Part shown: piece by piece, positions 1-20,934 of the stretch
How positions within the stretch are numbered: the first letter of the stretch is position 1
Layout: every line of letters begins with the position of its first letter
Assembly: GCA_964035545.1 (NCBI GenBank)
Contig: OZ037771.1
Location: forward strand, 693,628 to 757,627
Length of the DNA stretch: 64,000 nt
Reading direction: 5' to 3'
Origin: Bugula neritina
Lineage: Eukaryota > Animalia > Bryozoa
Notes under the pieces: generated by a model
Told to the model about the DNA's origin: nothing
Database searches by the model: none
The model's input: only the letters and a program-made list of their open reading frames with translations
Position numbers and translations under genes: made by a program

Positions 1-690
1 TAGACATCATAGTGTCTGATAATATACTGTGTAGACATCATAGTGTGTGATAATATACTGTATAGACATCATAGTGTCTGATAATATACTGTGTAGACAT
101 CATAGTGTGTGATAATGTACTGTGTAGACATCATAGTGTCTGATAATATACTGTATAGACATCATAGTGTCTGATAATATGCTGTATAGACATCATAGTG
201 TCTGATAATGTACTGTATAGACATCATAGTGTCTGATAATATACTGTGTAGACATCATAGTGTCTGATAATATACTGTGTAGACATCATAGTGTCTGATA
301 ATGTACTGTATAGACATCATAGTGTCTGATAATATACTGTGTAGACATCATAGTGTCTGATAATGTACTGTATAGACATCATAGTGTGTGATAATGTACT
401 GTGTAGACATCATAGTGTCTGATAATATACTGTATAGACATCATAGTGTCTGATAATATACTGTATAGACATCATAGTGTGTCTGATAATGTACTGTATA
501 GACATCATAGTGTCTGATAATATACTGTATAGACATCATAGTGTCTGATAATATACTGTATAGACATCATAGTGTCTGATAATATACTGTATAGACATCA
601 TAGTGTCTGATAATGTACTGTATAGACATCATAGTGTCTGATTATGTACTGTATAGACATCATAGTGTCTGATAATATGCTGTATATAGT
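1..690. repeat. 31-bp intronic minisatellite (TAGACATCATAGTGTCTGATAATATACTGTG)n
   Basis: About 22 tandem copies ending just before the CYFIP acceptor at 707. Confidence 0.95.
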
Positions 691-707
691 GTCACATGGT
701 GTTGCAG

Positions 708-7716
<7,009 letters not shown>

Positions 7717-8625
7717 CTGATGGACACACAGACAGACAACTAGGTTCATAGTAATTGTGCGCATTCACCGTGTTCCGTTATCATAAACTGTGACGGTGTA
7801 TATAATTGCTACTTGAGATTCAGTAGCCAAGTTGTACTTGATTTTACAGCTGAGTTGGGAGTTGCACTTGACTGAGTATTACTTGAAATTCATCCCTAAA
7901 CTTATTCCTTATATTGAGATGTTTGCTGACCAATTAGGTAGCATTTGTTTATCGTCAGCCATATGTTACAAGCAGTATATAGTGAATTGCACATTTCAAT
8001 TTGGCTAGTGTCTTCTTGTTATCCTACTAGTTTCTCTTGTTATTTAATTTTTGAAAATATTTCTTTTCGATTCTAAATGTTAGCGAATCAAATTAAAACT
8101 TTAATTAACATTATCTTGATTTCAGTTCTCTACTTGTTTTCCGTATTTTTGCACGTCACATGTTCAGTTTTTGCTATATTAAAGTGTAGCTTGTAGTTTG
8201 TACTTATATTTATCATTTCTACTCATTTTATTGTCAGTTTGTACTGTAAATCTCCTAATATCGTGGCACCTTTTTTATACGCTATCTGAAACAATAGAAG
8301 TAATTTCTGTATCCACAATATGAAGTGCTGTGCTACCAAACACTTAATAGTGTAATAAACATTCTATCATTCAATAGTGAAATGTCCTTCAGTGACTACA
8401 GGTCAGTCAATGTAAACTACCCCCCACATTTAGCCAATTATCACCGTAACTAGCCCTCTAAGGTGGTTGCTGCCCAGTGTAACTGTGTGCTTGCCCTTTG
8501 TTTCATTCCACCCCACATTCACCATACTCTGGATAGAAGTATTTACGGCAGCATTTACAGGGCGGCAGCAGCACACTCAGCATGCACCTCGAGGCAGCAA
8601 GTGTGATACACTCGTCACTAGAAAC

Positions 8626-11600
8626 ATGACTGTACGTCACGTCACCCAGCTTCTCTTCACTCTGATATTCTGTGTGATAACCTCTGATGTCATAGCAGGT
8701 AACCATTCTATTTTGATAACCTCTGATGGCTATTTATATCATCTTAAGTGTGGATTGGATAATAATATTCATGTTTTTCAAATGTTCAAGTTTTACCAGT
8801 ACAATTTCTATTCAATAATTGATGAAGCAGCTAAACCTGTAAAACAAAGAAAAGCAAGTTGCTAATAGCAAGTACATATGCTATAATAATACAGTATACT
8901 CTCACAGTTCTGTTAAATGTTGGAGAATAGAGAATATTACACATTAGCTGCTGTGTTTCCAGATAGTAAATACTGTGAGAAGGGATATGAAATGTTTGAC
9001 GGCCTCTGTTACCTGTACCAGAACATGACTAGGACCTGGAACAGTGCTGTTAGCTACTGTCGGGACACAGAGAGTGCCAGCCTTACCAACGCTAAAGACT
9101 CCAGTCAACAAGAGCATTTACTAAACCTCAGTCTAAGTTATATTAGTGAGTCCTGGTTATACTCACTGATTTAGCAATTAGCCTTCAGCTCATTTCATAC
9201 CAGCAGTCTGTTACAGAGTTATATCTGCGTCTATATTATGCTGTACATTCTGTACCCCTTTACTAGTAGAGAGCTACTAATAGTACACAGTTACTAGTAG
9301 TAGAGAGTTGCTAGTATGTGGATCGTCATTAAACTCAAGTTTTTGCTGCTAACAAAATTGTTGGGATTTGTCATCTCTCATAACCAGAGTTCCTCAACTA
9401 TTTCTGAAGTCGTGTTGTAGACACTGACTCAGAGGGTGCTGGCTGGTTGGGTCTGATGAAGACAGAGAACACAGGACTAAATCCTTGGTGGATAGCAGAC
9501 GTGTCTAGTCTGGACATTGCGTCATGGGCGCCGTTCGCTAATGAGACTAACACGACGTATTACTGCAACGTTGTGCTGACTAGCGACGGCTTGTGGAACA
9601 CCAAAACTTGTTCTAGCAGCTTTAGAGCTGGTTTTTGGTGTATGAAGAGTCCCCCTTGTGTTGACTTTAGTAAGTGTGTGTATGTTAGTATTATATTTAG
9701 TTAGTGTGTATGTTAGTATTATATTTAAATTTTGGCAGTTATGAGGTTTTAATTGTGAGTTTTTTATTTGGATTTAGATTGGGTTTGCTTTATTTCAACA
9801 GATAGAAACTTGTTGGTGTTTAAACTGTTTCACTCTACAGTCTATGCCGCTTCACTTTACCAATTTCTCTGCTTTTTTCTGATTTTCATATCACTTTGTG
9901 TTTTGTTAATAATAATATGTCAAGTTATGACTTTGACTTTCAGCAACATCGGAAGCTTGTGATCTGAGAACTACTACTTCTACCACTACCACTACTACTA
10001 GCACTACTAGTACTACTACTAGCACTACTAGTACCACTACTAGTACTACTAGCACTACTAGTACTTCCACTACCACACCTTTACCAACTACCACCAGTAA
10101 AGTTGCTACTACCACTACCAGTTTATTTCCATCAGTTTCTACGCCTCATCTAAACACGACTACTGCAGGTAATATTGGCTGTTTCAAGTTGTGTGAGGAA
10201 TTATGGTATACAAAATTACTTGAGAGTCAATAGAATGTGGAGTTGTCTTTCTACCAAATGTGTCGCAGCATTGACCTCTAAGCATTGCTTGTTGAACTAG
10301 TATATAAGGGAAGTTACGACATCCTTGCTTTTGCTTGTCAAACAGCTAACAGTCAATTGGCTTATCGCACTCTTAGCTAATTCTAATGTTTGAGATTTTA
10401 ACTGACTCCAGAATATCATGGTGTATATACCTGTTCACTTGTAGATGTCCCATCGGTTTTTTTATAACTCAAAACACTTACAGAAAATTGCACAATACTT
10501 TTGTCAATCATTTAATGTTTATATGATCTTGAGTATTTTTAGATTTGGTGCAATACATGCCACTTATTCAGTGTGTGTTTACATTTTCTTGTTTACAGGG
10601 TTATCTGTATCTACCACTGTCAGTAGGTAAGTTATAGTAAGTAGATAATCAGGTAAGTTACACTAATGTAAGTATCTCCTGTTCCTACAATGTCGTCTGC
10701 TGATACCAGATCTAAATTAAACTATTTGCAGTTGTGAGTTTTACTCGTCATCTAAATGTTGTCCGACGTGAGAAAACATTGTGATTAAGTATTCTGTAGT
10801 TGTCTTCCCCTGCAATAATTTAGCCTCTATTTTCCCAACTCTAGCTCCACAGCTGCGAATAAGAAGCCATCAGTTGGTGTCTATATCGGAGCTTCTCTCG
10901 GTAAGAATACTGTTGCACTTTATGCTTATGGTTACAGTTTCTACAGATTTAAGCTTGTATTCGTGCTGTTAGATTTGTCTCAGTAATATCCTATTGTGAG
11001 GTGTTATTATGGTGGCAGGAGGACTGCTGTTACTAGTAGCTCTGCTTATCCTCCTACTCTGTATGAGAATGAAGAAGCGGGTATTGGAGAGGGAGACGCA
11101 CCACAACTCGGATAAGATGGATGTAATGAGTACAGCTGATGGCACGTCAAAGATAGACGAGGTGAAGGTCTTCCAGCATACACAGAGTGCAAATGAGACT
11201 CCGGTAGCAGACGTCAATGAGTCAAATCATCAGTCGGCTGACCCAGATTTTTTGAATAATCATTCCGTTGCTGAAAGAAGCTTCAATTCTACTGACACAT
11301 CATCACGTCTGCCAGTGCCTGTTATAGACTCTGCTGCTGTTGTTAATCCTACTGGAGCATCTATGTCGAGTAGGGATGGTAACCATGGTAACACGCCATT
11401 TAATAATAATTCAGCAGCCCAACTGTCAACCTCTGTGAGATCTGGAGAAGAAAAACAAGTTCTTGGCTCCAGTGGTCACATGATCTTCACAGAAGCTGGC
11501 AAGGCTAGGTCCTTACACCTGGAGTGTGTGCCCGAGGAGACTGGTAGTGTGGAGAGAGCCAGAACAGCGCCAGATGTGCTGGCAGCGCGCAGTCATGGCT

Positions 11601-12052
11601 GGAATGTGGAAGGGGCTAGAATTGGCAGCACCTGCGCTGTGCTCCCTAACATTCAGAGCACTGCAGAGTCTGCTAGTTTTACAATAGCCTGGAGTGATAA
11701 GGAAGGAGCTGGGAATGAGGCTATGAGGTTGTTTCCTGTCACACCCCATCTTGGCAGCCTGCCAGTGACGGAGCACAACAGGCATAGCGGCAGAAGGCAG
11801 GGACGGGGTTCCTATCGCTGGGGTAAGGCGCGAGTGACTGACCTTAATAACCTGAAGCTGTCGGCAAATAATCAAGATGACAGCAAGGCAATGGCAGCGG
11901 CAGCACGTCACCTGATGGAGTTGCAGAGATTAGAACATTTGAAAAGGTTGCAAATGGGTATCGAGTTTATGAGTGGCAAGTCGCCATACCTTGAGGATCA
12001 GTCTATGAAGAAAGAACAACTCCAACTACCTTACATCAAAGGCACCAACTAG
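8626..12052 (+). CDS. Type I membrane protein: signal peptide, C-type lectin-like domain, Thr/Ser mucin-like stalk, TM helix, long cytoplasmic tail
   Basis: Exons 8626-8698, 8963-9145, 9421-9669, 9944-10168, 10599-10626, 10845-10900, 11001-12052 keep frame. CTLD pattern CEKGYEMFDGLCY..TWNSAVSYC..GWLGL..YCNVV..LWNTKTC..FWC; Thr-rich exon; TM GVYIGASLGVIMVAGGLLLLVALLILLLC followed by MRMKKR. Confidence 0.85.
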
Positions 12053-12585
12053 TGCCTTGTGTCAGTGTGTAACTTGAAGGTTATATCTCTATACTTTATA
12101 TTGTGTGACTTACTCAATATTTTAAATGCGTAGTTGGTTTTGGAATAAACAATAAGCAATATTAGCAGGCGATATATTAGCAGCCGATATATACTAATGT
12201 CATTTAAATGTCCCAAATTTCAACAATTTTTTGTCTTTTTTGTACACAATGAAGCACAAAGGAGGTCAAATATAATTATACTATAACAATACTGACACTT
12301 CATGTATATACTACAGTATCTAAGTAATACTATGTAATGAAAGTATTTGTACATTGTTACACCCAGCATATCTTTGAAATTCATTGTAGATAAATTTAAA
12401 TTTTTCAGCACCTTGATATTTGATATTAGAATGCTTCTTTACACAACAGTGATGCTTAAATGTTTCATGCAGTTTCCTAGCTATAACGAACAAATATGGC
12501 CATTCTACTTGCTAGATATATAAATAAATAAATAGAATTAAAGTGCCTTACAAAAGCTCTAAACTTAGTAGAATTGTGCATAAAT

Positions 12586-15500
12586 CTAAATCTCTTTTTC
12601 TTGAGAACGAGAAGTTTCCTTCATGAGGAAAAGCAATTCATGGATTAGAGCTATCTCGTCTACATTGCTGAGCAGTTGTGGGCGATTCAACTTGATGAGT
12701 CTCATTGTATTGAAGAGATCAAATGTGTGAGCTACAAACACATCAAACTATACAGAGACATCTAACTATACAACGATATATAACTATAAAGACTATACAG
12801 AGAGATCCAGCTACAAGAATAGATAATAACTATAGAGATTTCCGTCTACGAATATATTATTCTGGATTGCGGAGATGTTTCTACAAACCAGGCTGATGCA
12901 GTTGCTCTAGGATGTCCCACAATGCAAGGATAACTCCACATTTTCCAGCTCCATCTCGAGATACTACACATATACTTTCTGCTGTTGACTTTGATGCTGT
13001 TAAGGAGTAAAACAAATTGTTATTTTGATAAAGTACTGTCACATAATTCTCAACATTTTATCAGATATCTCGTCTGTCTTACGCGCTTGCGTGCGTGTGT
13101 GTGAATGTGTGCGTGCGTGTGTGTGAATGTGTGCGTGCGTGTGTGTGAATGTGTGCGTGCGTGTGTGTGAATGTGTGCGTGCGTGTGTGTGAATGTGTGC
13201 GTGCGTGTGTGTGAATGTGTGCGTGCGTGTGTGTGAATGTGTGCGTGCGTGTGTGTGAATGTGTGCGTGCGTGTGTGTGAATGTGTGCGTGCGTGTGTGT
13301 GAATGTGTGCGTGCGTGTGTGTGAATGTAGCCAAAACCTACCACAGTGTTCACTGCGCTCATTCTTAGCTTGAGTCAAGATTTCTATCAGAGTTTTGGTC
13401 AGCTCTGTACAGTCTTCTTCAAAGACCTTGCAAGGCCAGGACTTGATGTTGTACAGCTGGCACGGGTACTCCACCACCTCCCGCACTGGAGTGAACTGTA
13501 ACAGAATTTTATGTTTCCCTAAATTGCTAAAATTCTTCCCTTTTAAAGAAAGCTTTTCATCTATATTTCATCACATTACTATATATCAATGTATAATATA
13601 TATATAGAGCATCATATATAGCATCATAGATAGTATTATGTTAGCAAGACTAATTAACCCTGACTACACGTACAGTTACTCTGCACTATGCCAAACAACT
13701 TTCATACTGCGAGGTTTCTTAATAAGCATATTTGACTTCGATACATACCCTTTGCTCTTTGATCAGCATAGAGTACTTAGTCGCAACGCCGTATTCATTT
13801 CCTTCACTCTTGACGCAGCAAATGGTTAGTTTGTCCATCTTATCTGAAATGGGTTCATCAGAAGGCCAGAACTGTGGGTAGTTGGAGAACTAGAAAACAG
13901 CAGAGAGCACTCACTGTACACAAGTACCATTAGCTCTAGTCTCCAGCCTCGTAAGCACTGCACCGTATACATCATGATTGTGTTTAGAAGAAACTAGAAG
14001 TACCTTAGCAGCTCCTACGAGGTCTACCTTACCTTAGAAAGCTGCCCAGCTTCGCCAATGACAAATATATTGTTGATACGATGATTAGAGATGAGTCTCC
14101 AGAATGGGGTGATAGTCTGGGTTTGTGGCCATTCTGTAGCTATGAACTGGTGCTCAGAGAGATGCCCCTATATACAGAGAGAATAGATAGTATGGAGCTT
14201 ATATGAAGCTATGACTAAGCAGTGTCACTTATGCTTGGTTTCTAAACTGAATTTTGTTTTAAATGAAAACAATTTATTCAGAAGTACGACTATAACTCAA
14301 CAGTTTCCAATTAATCTATGGCAGATCTTACCTTGATGAAAGTTGCATTGAAATATTTGCTTTCTAATGGTGGAGTGAAGTGATCAAAATATGGCCGCTC
14401 TCCGTCCACTAAAGAAAATGCATAACATACAACGTACGTGGGACATGCGTGAGGTGTTATTGAGCTGTTCATTAATTAAGCTCACTGTATTGCCAGTTTC
14501 TATGCTATACTTACTCTACAGTTTCTATGTTATACTTACTCTCAGTAATACTTACTCGGCAAAATGCCTACAGACCGATTACGGGACCTGTTCTCCAGCC
14601 GAGCTCCTGCGATACACAGTTTCATATCCAAGGGCGGCACATACGACTTTAGTCTGTTCAGTATAGTTGTGCAGAACTGGTACTTTTGTAGGTAATAAGA
14701 GGGGTGGGCCGTGGCGAATGACTCCAGCGTGTCCAAACATATAGGGGACTCGTGACATCGGACTAGCGTTTCGTATATCCATACATGGTCATCCTAATCA
14801 GACTAAATTGTGTTACTTGTAATTCTAGTGGAGTGATTAAATTATATAATCATATCACTTTTGTTATTTTATAAATTTCAGATATCTGAACATATGACCT
14901 TCACCTTCTGAATAAATGACCTTCACCTGTGCAAGTGCGTAGCTGGGATACTGTTCTATCAATTCGTTGATAACTTTCATAGGATTTATGGCCTTCTGGA
15001 GAATCACCTGGTTCAGACACTCCATCACCGTGACGGCAGCGATGTACCTCGTCTCACTAAAATGAAAATACTAGGTAATAACTTGGTGGGTGCTAGGTGA
15101 GTACTTGGTGGGTACTAGGTGGGTACCAGGTAGGTACTAGTTGGGTGCTAGGTTTGTGCTAGGTGGGTACTAGGTGGGTGCTAGGTGGGTACTAGGCGGG
15201 TGTTAGATGGGTACTAGGTGAGTACTAGATGGGTACTAGGTGGGTACCAGGTGGGTGCTAGGTGGGTACTAGGCGGGTGTTAGATGGGTACTAGGTGAGT
15301 ACTAGATGGGTACTAGGTGGGTGCTAGGTGGGTGCTAGGTGGGTGCTAGGTGAGTGCTAGGTGGGTGCTAGGTGGGTACTGTAGTATAATCATGTGTTGT
15401 ATTTTAGCATTGTTACTATACCAGCTTTCAGAGAAAAATTTTCTGTTAAATAGCCAATGTTTAATGTATATACTGATAACACTCTCTCTGTACTACTCAG

Positions 15501-18500
15501 CTATCTAACATGTTCTGGGTACAATAAAACTTATTTATCCTAATTCTACAGGTACTACAGGTAACAACTAAGTGCAGGTATTGAACGTGTAATAACTGGT
15601 AATAACAAGGTGAGAATTATCTGACTAGTCAAGAATGGGATCACGTTGCCAAGTAACCTATTTATGAAAATGTGTAAAATTAGAAAAAATTCCTTGCACC
15701 TCTTAGTAATATCTTACTCACTGCAAGCAGTTATGTAACATGAAAGAAGAGTGTCAATGTCTTAATTCTAGCAGAAACTTATGTAGCATGATATATTTCT
15801 TACCATAAAACTGTAAAAATATTTGCTACAAACATAACTTCTAAATCAGCAACTAACAGCCTCAGCATAGACTGTGGTAATAGGAAGTTCAATGTCAAAG
15901 TGATAATTGGTGTGACTAGCCTGGAATGTATGGCTATGTGCAGCTTGTGGCAGCCAGTACCATCGCTGATCTGACTCAACTCCCTCTGGATGAGCAGCAT
16001 GCTGTAGTAATCCGGCAGCTGTCTCTCACCTCGCTGTAGCACCGTCACCGACTTCAACTTCAACTCACTTCCTGTCTTCTTGCTCTGAGAAAAGAGAACT
16101 TTCCGTAAGATGGAAATAAGTTGTATACAAAGAAAGCTAGTGCAAATATCTCTGTTTATAAATAATGGCGTTTGGGGCAACCAGTTGATGTTTTGTTTTG
16201 TGTGTATTAATATTCAAGTGCAGAGTTATGCCCCCCTTTAGGAAAGTTTATATCGTTATGTAGTAATATCATTAGTATTATAGAATTGTTACTATGCAAG
16301 CTTTCAGGGAAAAAGCTATATAAAGCTTTCAGCTAAGTGACGAATGCTTTATGTATATACTGATATCACTCTCTCTGTACTACTCAACTAGCTAACATCT
16401 TCTGAGTACAATGAAACTTATTTATCCTAATTCTACAATATAAATAAAAATCACTGAGAATGATTGATGGAATTTGTAAACCATGTTTGAAGAACTTTTC
16501 CATCAACAGTGCAATTATACAAAACCAGGTGAATTACTAAATATTAAACATTTCATTCAAATATCAAGCGGCAGCAGTTTTAAAGATAGTTGTCTATCCA
16601 AGCTATGTACTAGGTTAGCAGCACTGAGGGCTAAACTGCTGCCACTTACTGTGATAGTGAGTATGTGAGTAGGCAGCAAGTGTGTAGTGCTTGTAGAGTG
16701 CTCGGTGATGGAGTATTCCTCCGTGTCTATATTGTATTCGGGGACACAACTCTTCTGTGCTCTCACACCCTGTGATCAGATGGTCAGCAATCAGTTCATG
16801 AAATATTGTTGTTAAATCACTGCATTGTTTGTGAGCAAGGGTCGAGTAGAAAACTCCCAATACTCTGATGTATAACTATAAAACTGACAACCATTCTTAA
16901 ACACAGCGTAACATTCAATACACTGCCCCATGAGGTTGATAATTCATTGAGAACAACGTAATAAAGTATATATAGTGTGATGGTTCAATGTACACATTAT
17001 TCCACATAAGAAGATGATAATAGTATTTCTTAGTATGAAAGATGACCGCATGAACACAATGAGAATATGCTCTGAAATACCTAAACATGACATGCTATAT
17101 GAGGGTAGGCTATTATTACCATGATTCTATATAATGCTGCAAAGTGTAAGTATAATGTGACTCAGCCTAGCTGTAGGTTATGTAATAGACTTAGCTCCAA
17201 CATCTACTTACAAAATGATCAGCAAGCTTCTTGAACTGGATGAATAAATGAGGCTGGAATTCACTCATCCTTTCAACATTGAACGGCTGGTCTATAAGAC
17301 ACAGAAATGCAAGGTTCATATTCCAAAGTAAATGATAGTTGTTTGTTGCATATTGACAGGGGAAGGGCAGATAACTTCTGTTAATGCAAGAAAACCGTGG
17401 AATTCCCGAGTCCTGAAGCAGCTGAAAGTCAACAAGAACTGCACATCTTCCCTGACTCGCCTGTTTACTCAGAGTGGTGAGTTCTTTCAGAACTAATAGC
17501 TCAGATTTTGTATCTTTCTAAGAATTGTCAACTCTTTTAATAAGTATAAGAAGTTGTCTTCTCCTGGTATAGCCTTAGATCTATTAGACTACTACTCTAA
17601 ACTCACCTATGTTGTGGTGCGTATATTCAGCGTTCTCAGTGTTGAGTGTCTACAATATTGAAAGTCAGGTTGTAGTAAATAGTGTTAGGACAAATACAGC
17701 AAATGAAATAGAGTTCAATGTAATAGGCATATCATGGGAATACAACTCTATGAGGCATTGTACAAGTACCTTAGAAATCAGCGGTGAGCTGTCGGCATCA
17801 TCTATGCAGTCAGTCTCATCAACTGATGAAATCTTAGCTGAAATAGTTCAGTTTATTTATTGTTATGTGGATTATATACATATACATAAATTAATACTAT
17901 AATATAATATATATTACATATACATTACCTAATACTATAATATATTATATATTACATATACATTACCTAATACTATAATATGTTATATATTACATATACA
18001 TTACCTAATACTATAATATATTATATATTACATATACATTACCTAATACTATAATATATTATGTATTATAGTGGGCCACTTTATAAATAGGTTTCAAAAA
18101 TTTGGTTCTGTAGACAAACAACTCCATAGATAAACACTGCACCAACACTTTAGACTTTAGAGGTTTAGAATAGCCCTTGTCCTAATAACTAAAGACATAC
18201 CACACAATATATTACTATAATACCAACTCTAATTAGATGATAGAAGTGAGTAGATCAACCAACTAACTTGCTTCATTCTCCTCTATAGAAATGCTCCTCT
18301 GTCTAATAACTTTGTTCACCAGCTTGTTTTCTTTAGAAAACGCATCTCTGTCCAGTCTAACGCTGAGATGGTGCTTCAAGTTGTCTGCATGTATCAGTTT
18401 GCCATTTTCTATAATCAAAAGATAGTCATGCTGTTTCAGAATGATCGCTCTTATTTCCGTAATTCCCTCACCCTATGCATTAAGGGCAATGCATTATAGC

Positions 18501-19002
18501 TGGTTATTCATAGTAAGGGAATTAACATGAAGATCAGAGTTGTGTCCGTAACAAATTGGTGTACTGATGTAATAGTGCTCCTACCAGGAAGTTGATAAAT
18601 CTTGGTTTTCTTCTTCCTGCAGCAACGGCAGCAGCATTTGCAGTTGTGAAAAACATTCTTCACATTTCTATTTTAACAAAATAAACAATGAACATTAGCC
18701 AATAAACAGTAGACAATAAACAGTAGCCAATAAACAGTAGCCAATAAACAGTAGCCAATAAACAGTAGCCAATACACAGTAGCCAATAAACATTAACCAG
18801 TAAACAGCAATCAACAAACAGTAGCCAATACACATTTCAATTGCATAATAATATAATATGTATTATGACCATATTGCTTCATGTTATATTATATTATATT
18901 ACACCACACTTACATGATATTATATAATATAATCAAAGCTGCAATGAGGAATATGGTTCCATATCCAAGGAGCATGTACAGCTCATTTGAGAGGGCACTC
19001 AT
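12586..19002 (-). CDS. Receptor-type protein tyrosine phosphatase-like protein, tandem D1/D2 domains, probably catalytically dead
   Basis: Minus-strand exons include ~18914-19002 (TM), 18586-18667, 18269-18408, ~15921-16085, 14927-15056, 14556-14793, 14332-14407, 14033-14167, 13342-13495, 12889-12963, 12586-12731. PTP motifs ENRSRNRSVGILP, KYFNATFI, FIATEWPQTQTITPFWRLI, SRDGAGKCG, FDLFNTMRLIKLNRPQLL. Some D1 exons and the true 5' end are uncertain. Confidence 0.78.
13089..13328. repeat. 22-bp intronic minisatellite (GCGTGCGTGTGTGTGAATGTGT)n
   Basis: About 11 near-perfect copies. Confidence 0.95.
15070..15380. repeat. 11-bp intronic minisatellite (TACTAGGTGGG)n
   Basis: About 28 degenerate copies next to a PTP-like acceptor. 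Confidence 0.9.
17892..18068. repeat. 38-bp AT-rich intronic minisatellite
   Basis: TAATACTATAATATATTATATATTACATATACATTACC, about 4.5 copies. Confidence 0.88.
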
Positions 19003-20181
19003 TCTTGCTTCTGTTTGACTTCACAACCTTTACTTCAAGGCCACATGCAACGTCCTCACTTTAGCATAGTCTAGTGACTCACTGCTAGTGACTCACACAC
19101 TAGCAACTATGTGAGTGAGTAATTGCTTGGAAACTAAAATAGTCCATGGTTTAGTTTGTGAAATGTGTTTACAATTTAATAGTTTGACAGAAATTAAAAT
19201 AGACCAGCACGTGAGAAGGGAAAGACACATTGCTATCATAAACTTAGTAGTGCTGCCCACTAAATGTTTTGGTTTATATTCATGCTATATTCAGCTTGTA
19301 TATTTTTAAGTGTGCCAACACCTTTTACCGTTAGCCCCCCCTTGCAACTTTTAACCCTAAATTCCCCCCTACAATTTTTTTCTCAAGCACTGTGGTGATG
19401 CTGAAAATTGTGTATAAGAAAGCTGTTGAAATAAGTCATTGGATTGAATGCTATTATATAGGACACACAGCCTCTAGAACCATGAGAACACTGTAAATAA
19501 AATGCTACATACGTGACAGTCTTAGTACACATTTTCTTGCACAAGTAGCAGCATGCACCATTCGAAATGACAGACAAAACATTGAAGGGTGGTGTCTACA
19601 CGCCACATGAAATGCTATAAAATAATTATTAGTCTACAGTCTAAACCCTAGGTAATATCTAAGATTTGCAAAGCAAGCTAAACTCACCAAAATGTCAGTT
19701 TACGGCCTTGTTTGAACAAAGCTTCGTCCACTAAGCCCTTTGGTACAACTAACACTCACAAAAGTCAACCACAGTTTGTATAACTGAGTGTTTATGGCTA
19801 AGATATCGGCATTATATCATCCTTACCTTAAACCCCTGGTACCTCCATATACAACATTGATTAGCCTTAGATAGAGGAAGAAATATGGTGCTATAAGTGG
19901 GGCGTAAAAGAACCCACCCTTTAAACTGCTGTATAAACTAAGGTCATGTCAATAGAATTTACTTTATACAGAGTAAAGAGTATTTAGATAATGCTTCAAC
20001 ACACAACTATAAAGACATGCTGTACAGTCCAGTGAAGCTGAATGATATATCTATGAAGACATGTGTGCAGCTCTCATACGCAAACTATTAACTATTTTGA
20101 TATCTGAACTGCTGTAATTGTAAAAATGTGTGTGTATATCTTAGTACAACACCATCAGCTTTAAGAGTTATCCTCTCAACA

Positions 20182-20723
20182 CACACTATACTGTAGATAT
20201 ATACACTACCACTATACTGTAGATACATACACTACCACTATACTGTAGATACATACACTACCACTATACTGTAGATACATACACTACCACTATACTGTAG
20301 ATACATACACTACCACTATACTGTAGATACATACACTTACACTACCACTATACTGTAGATACATACACTACCACTATACTGTAGATACATACACTTACAC
20401 TACCACTATACTGTAGATACATACACTTACACTACCACTATACTGTAGATACATACACTTACACTATACTGTAGATACATACACTACCACTATACTGTAG
20501 ATACATACACTACCACTATACTGTAGATACATACACTTACACTACCACTATACTGTAGATACATACACTACCACTATACTGTAGATACATACACTTACAC
20601 TACCACTATACTGTAGATACATACACTTACACTATACTGTAGATACATACACTACCACTATACTGTAGATACTTACACTTACACTATACTGTAGATACAT
20701 ACACTACCACTATACTGTAGATA
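20182..20723. repeat. ~26-bp minisatellite (CACTATACTGTAGATACATACACTAC)n with CACTTA insertion variants
   Basis: About 20 copies. Confidence 0.92.
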
Positions 20724-20934
20724 GGTTAACACTGTGTGCTAGCCCTACACTCCCTGGAGGTAGAGTGTTTTGATATTGCTGTCAGCAGCTGCCTCTGAGG
20801 GCATTGCCCGTAGCATCAAGTGCAAACTCTCACCAACTGTTTCCAGTTTACTCCACTGTACATAGCAAGCTGCTGCATATAATATGAACTCTTAGCTTCA
20901 TAATGAATGCCTGATAGTCCACTGTCCTTGCGCT

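Noticed and set aside
11900-12052. ITAM/ITIM in the lectin receptor tail
   Set aside because: The tyrosines (PYLED, LPYIK) do not fit YxxL/I or ITIM spacing.
13039-13362. His/Thr-rich ORFs (HTHARTHS..)
   Set aside because: Translation of a 22-bp GT-rich intronic repeat.
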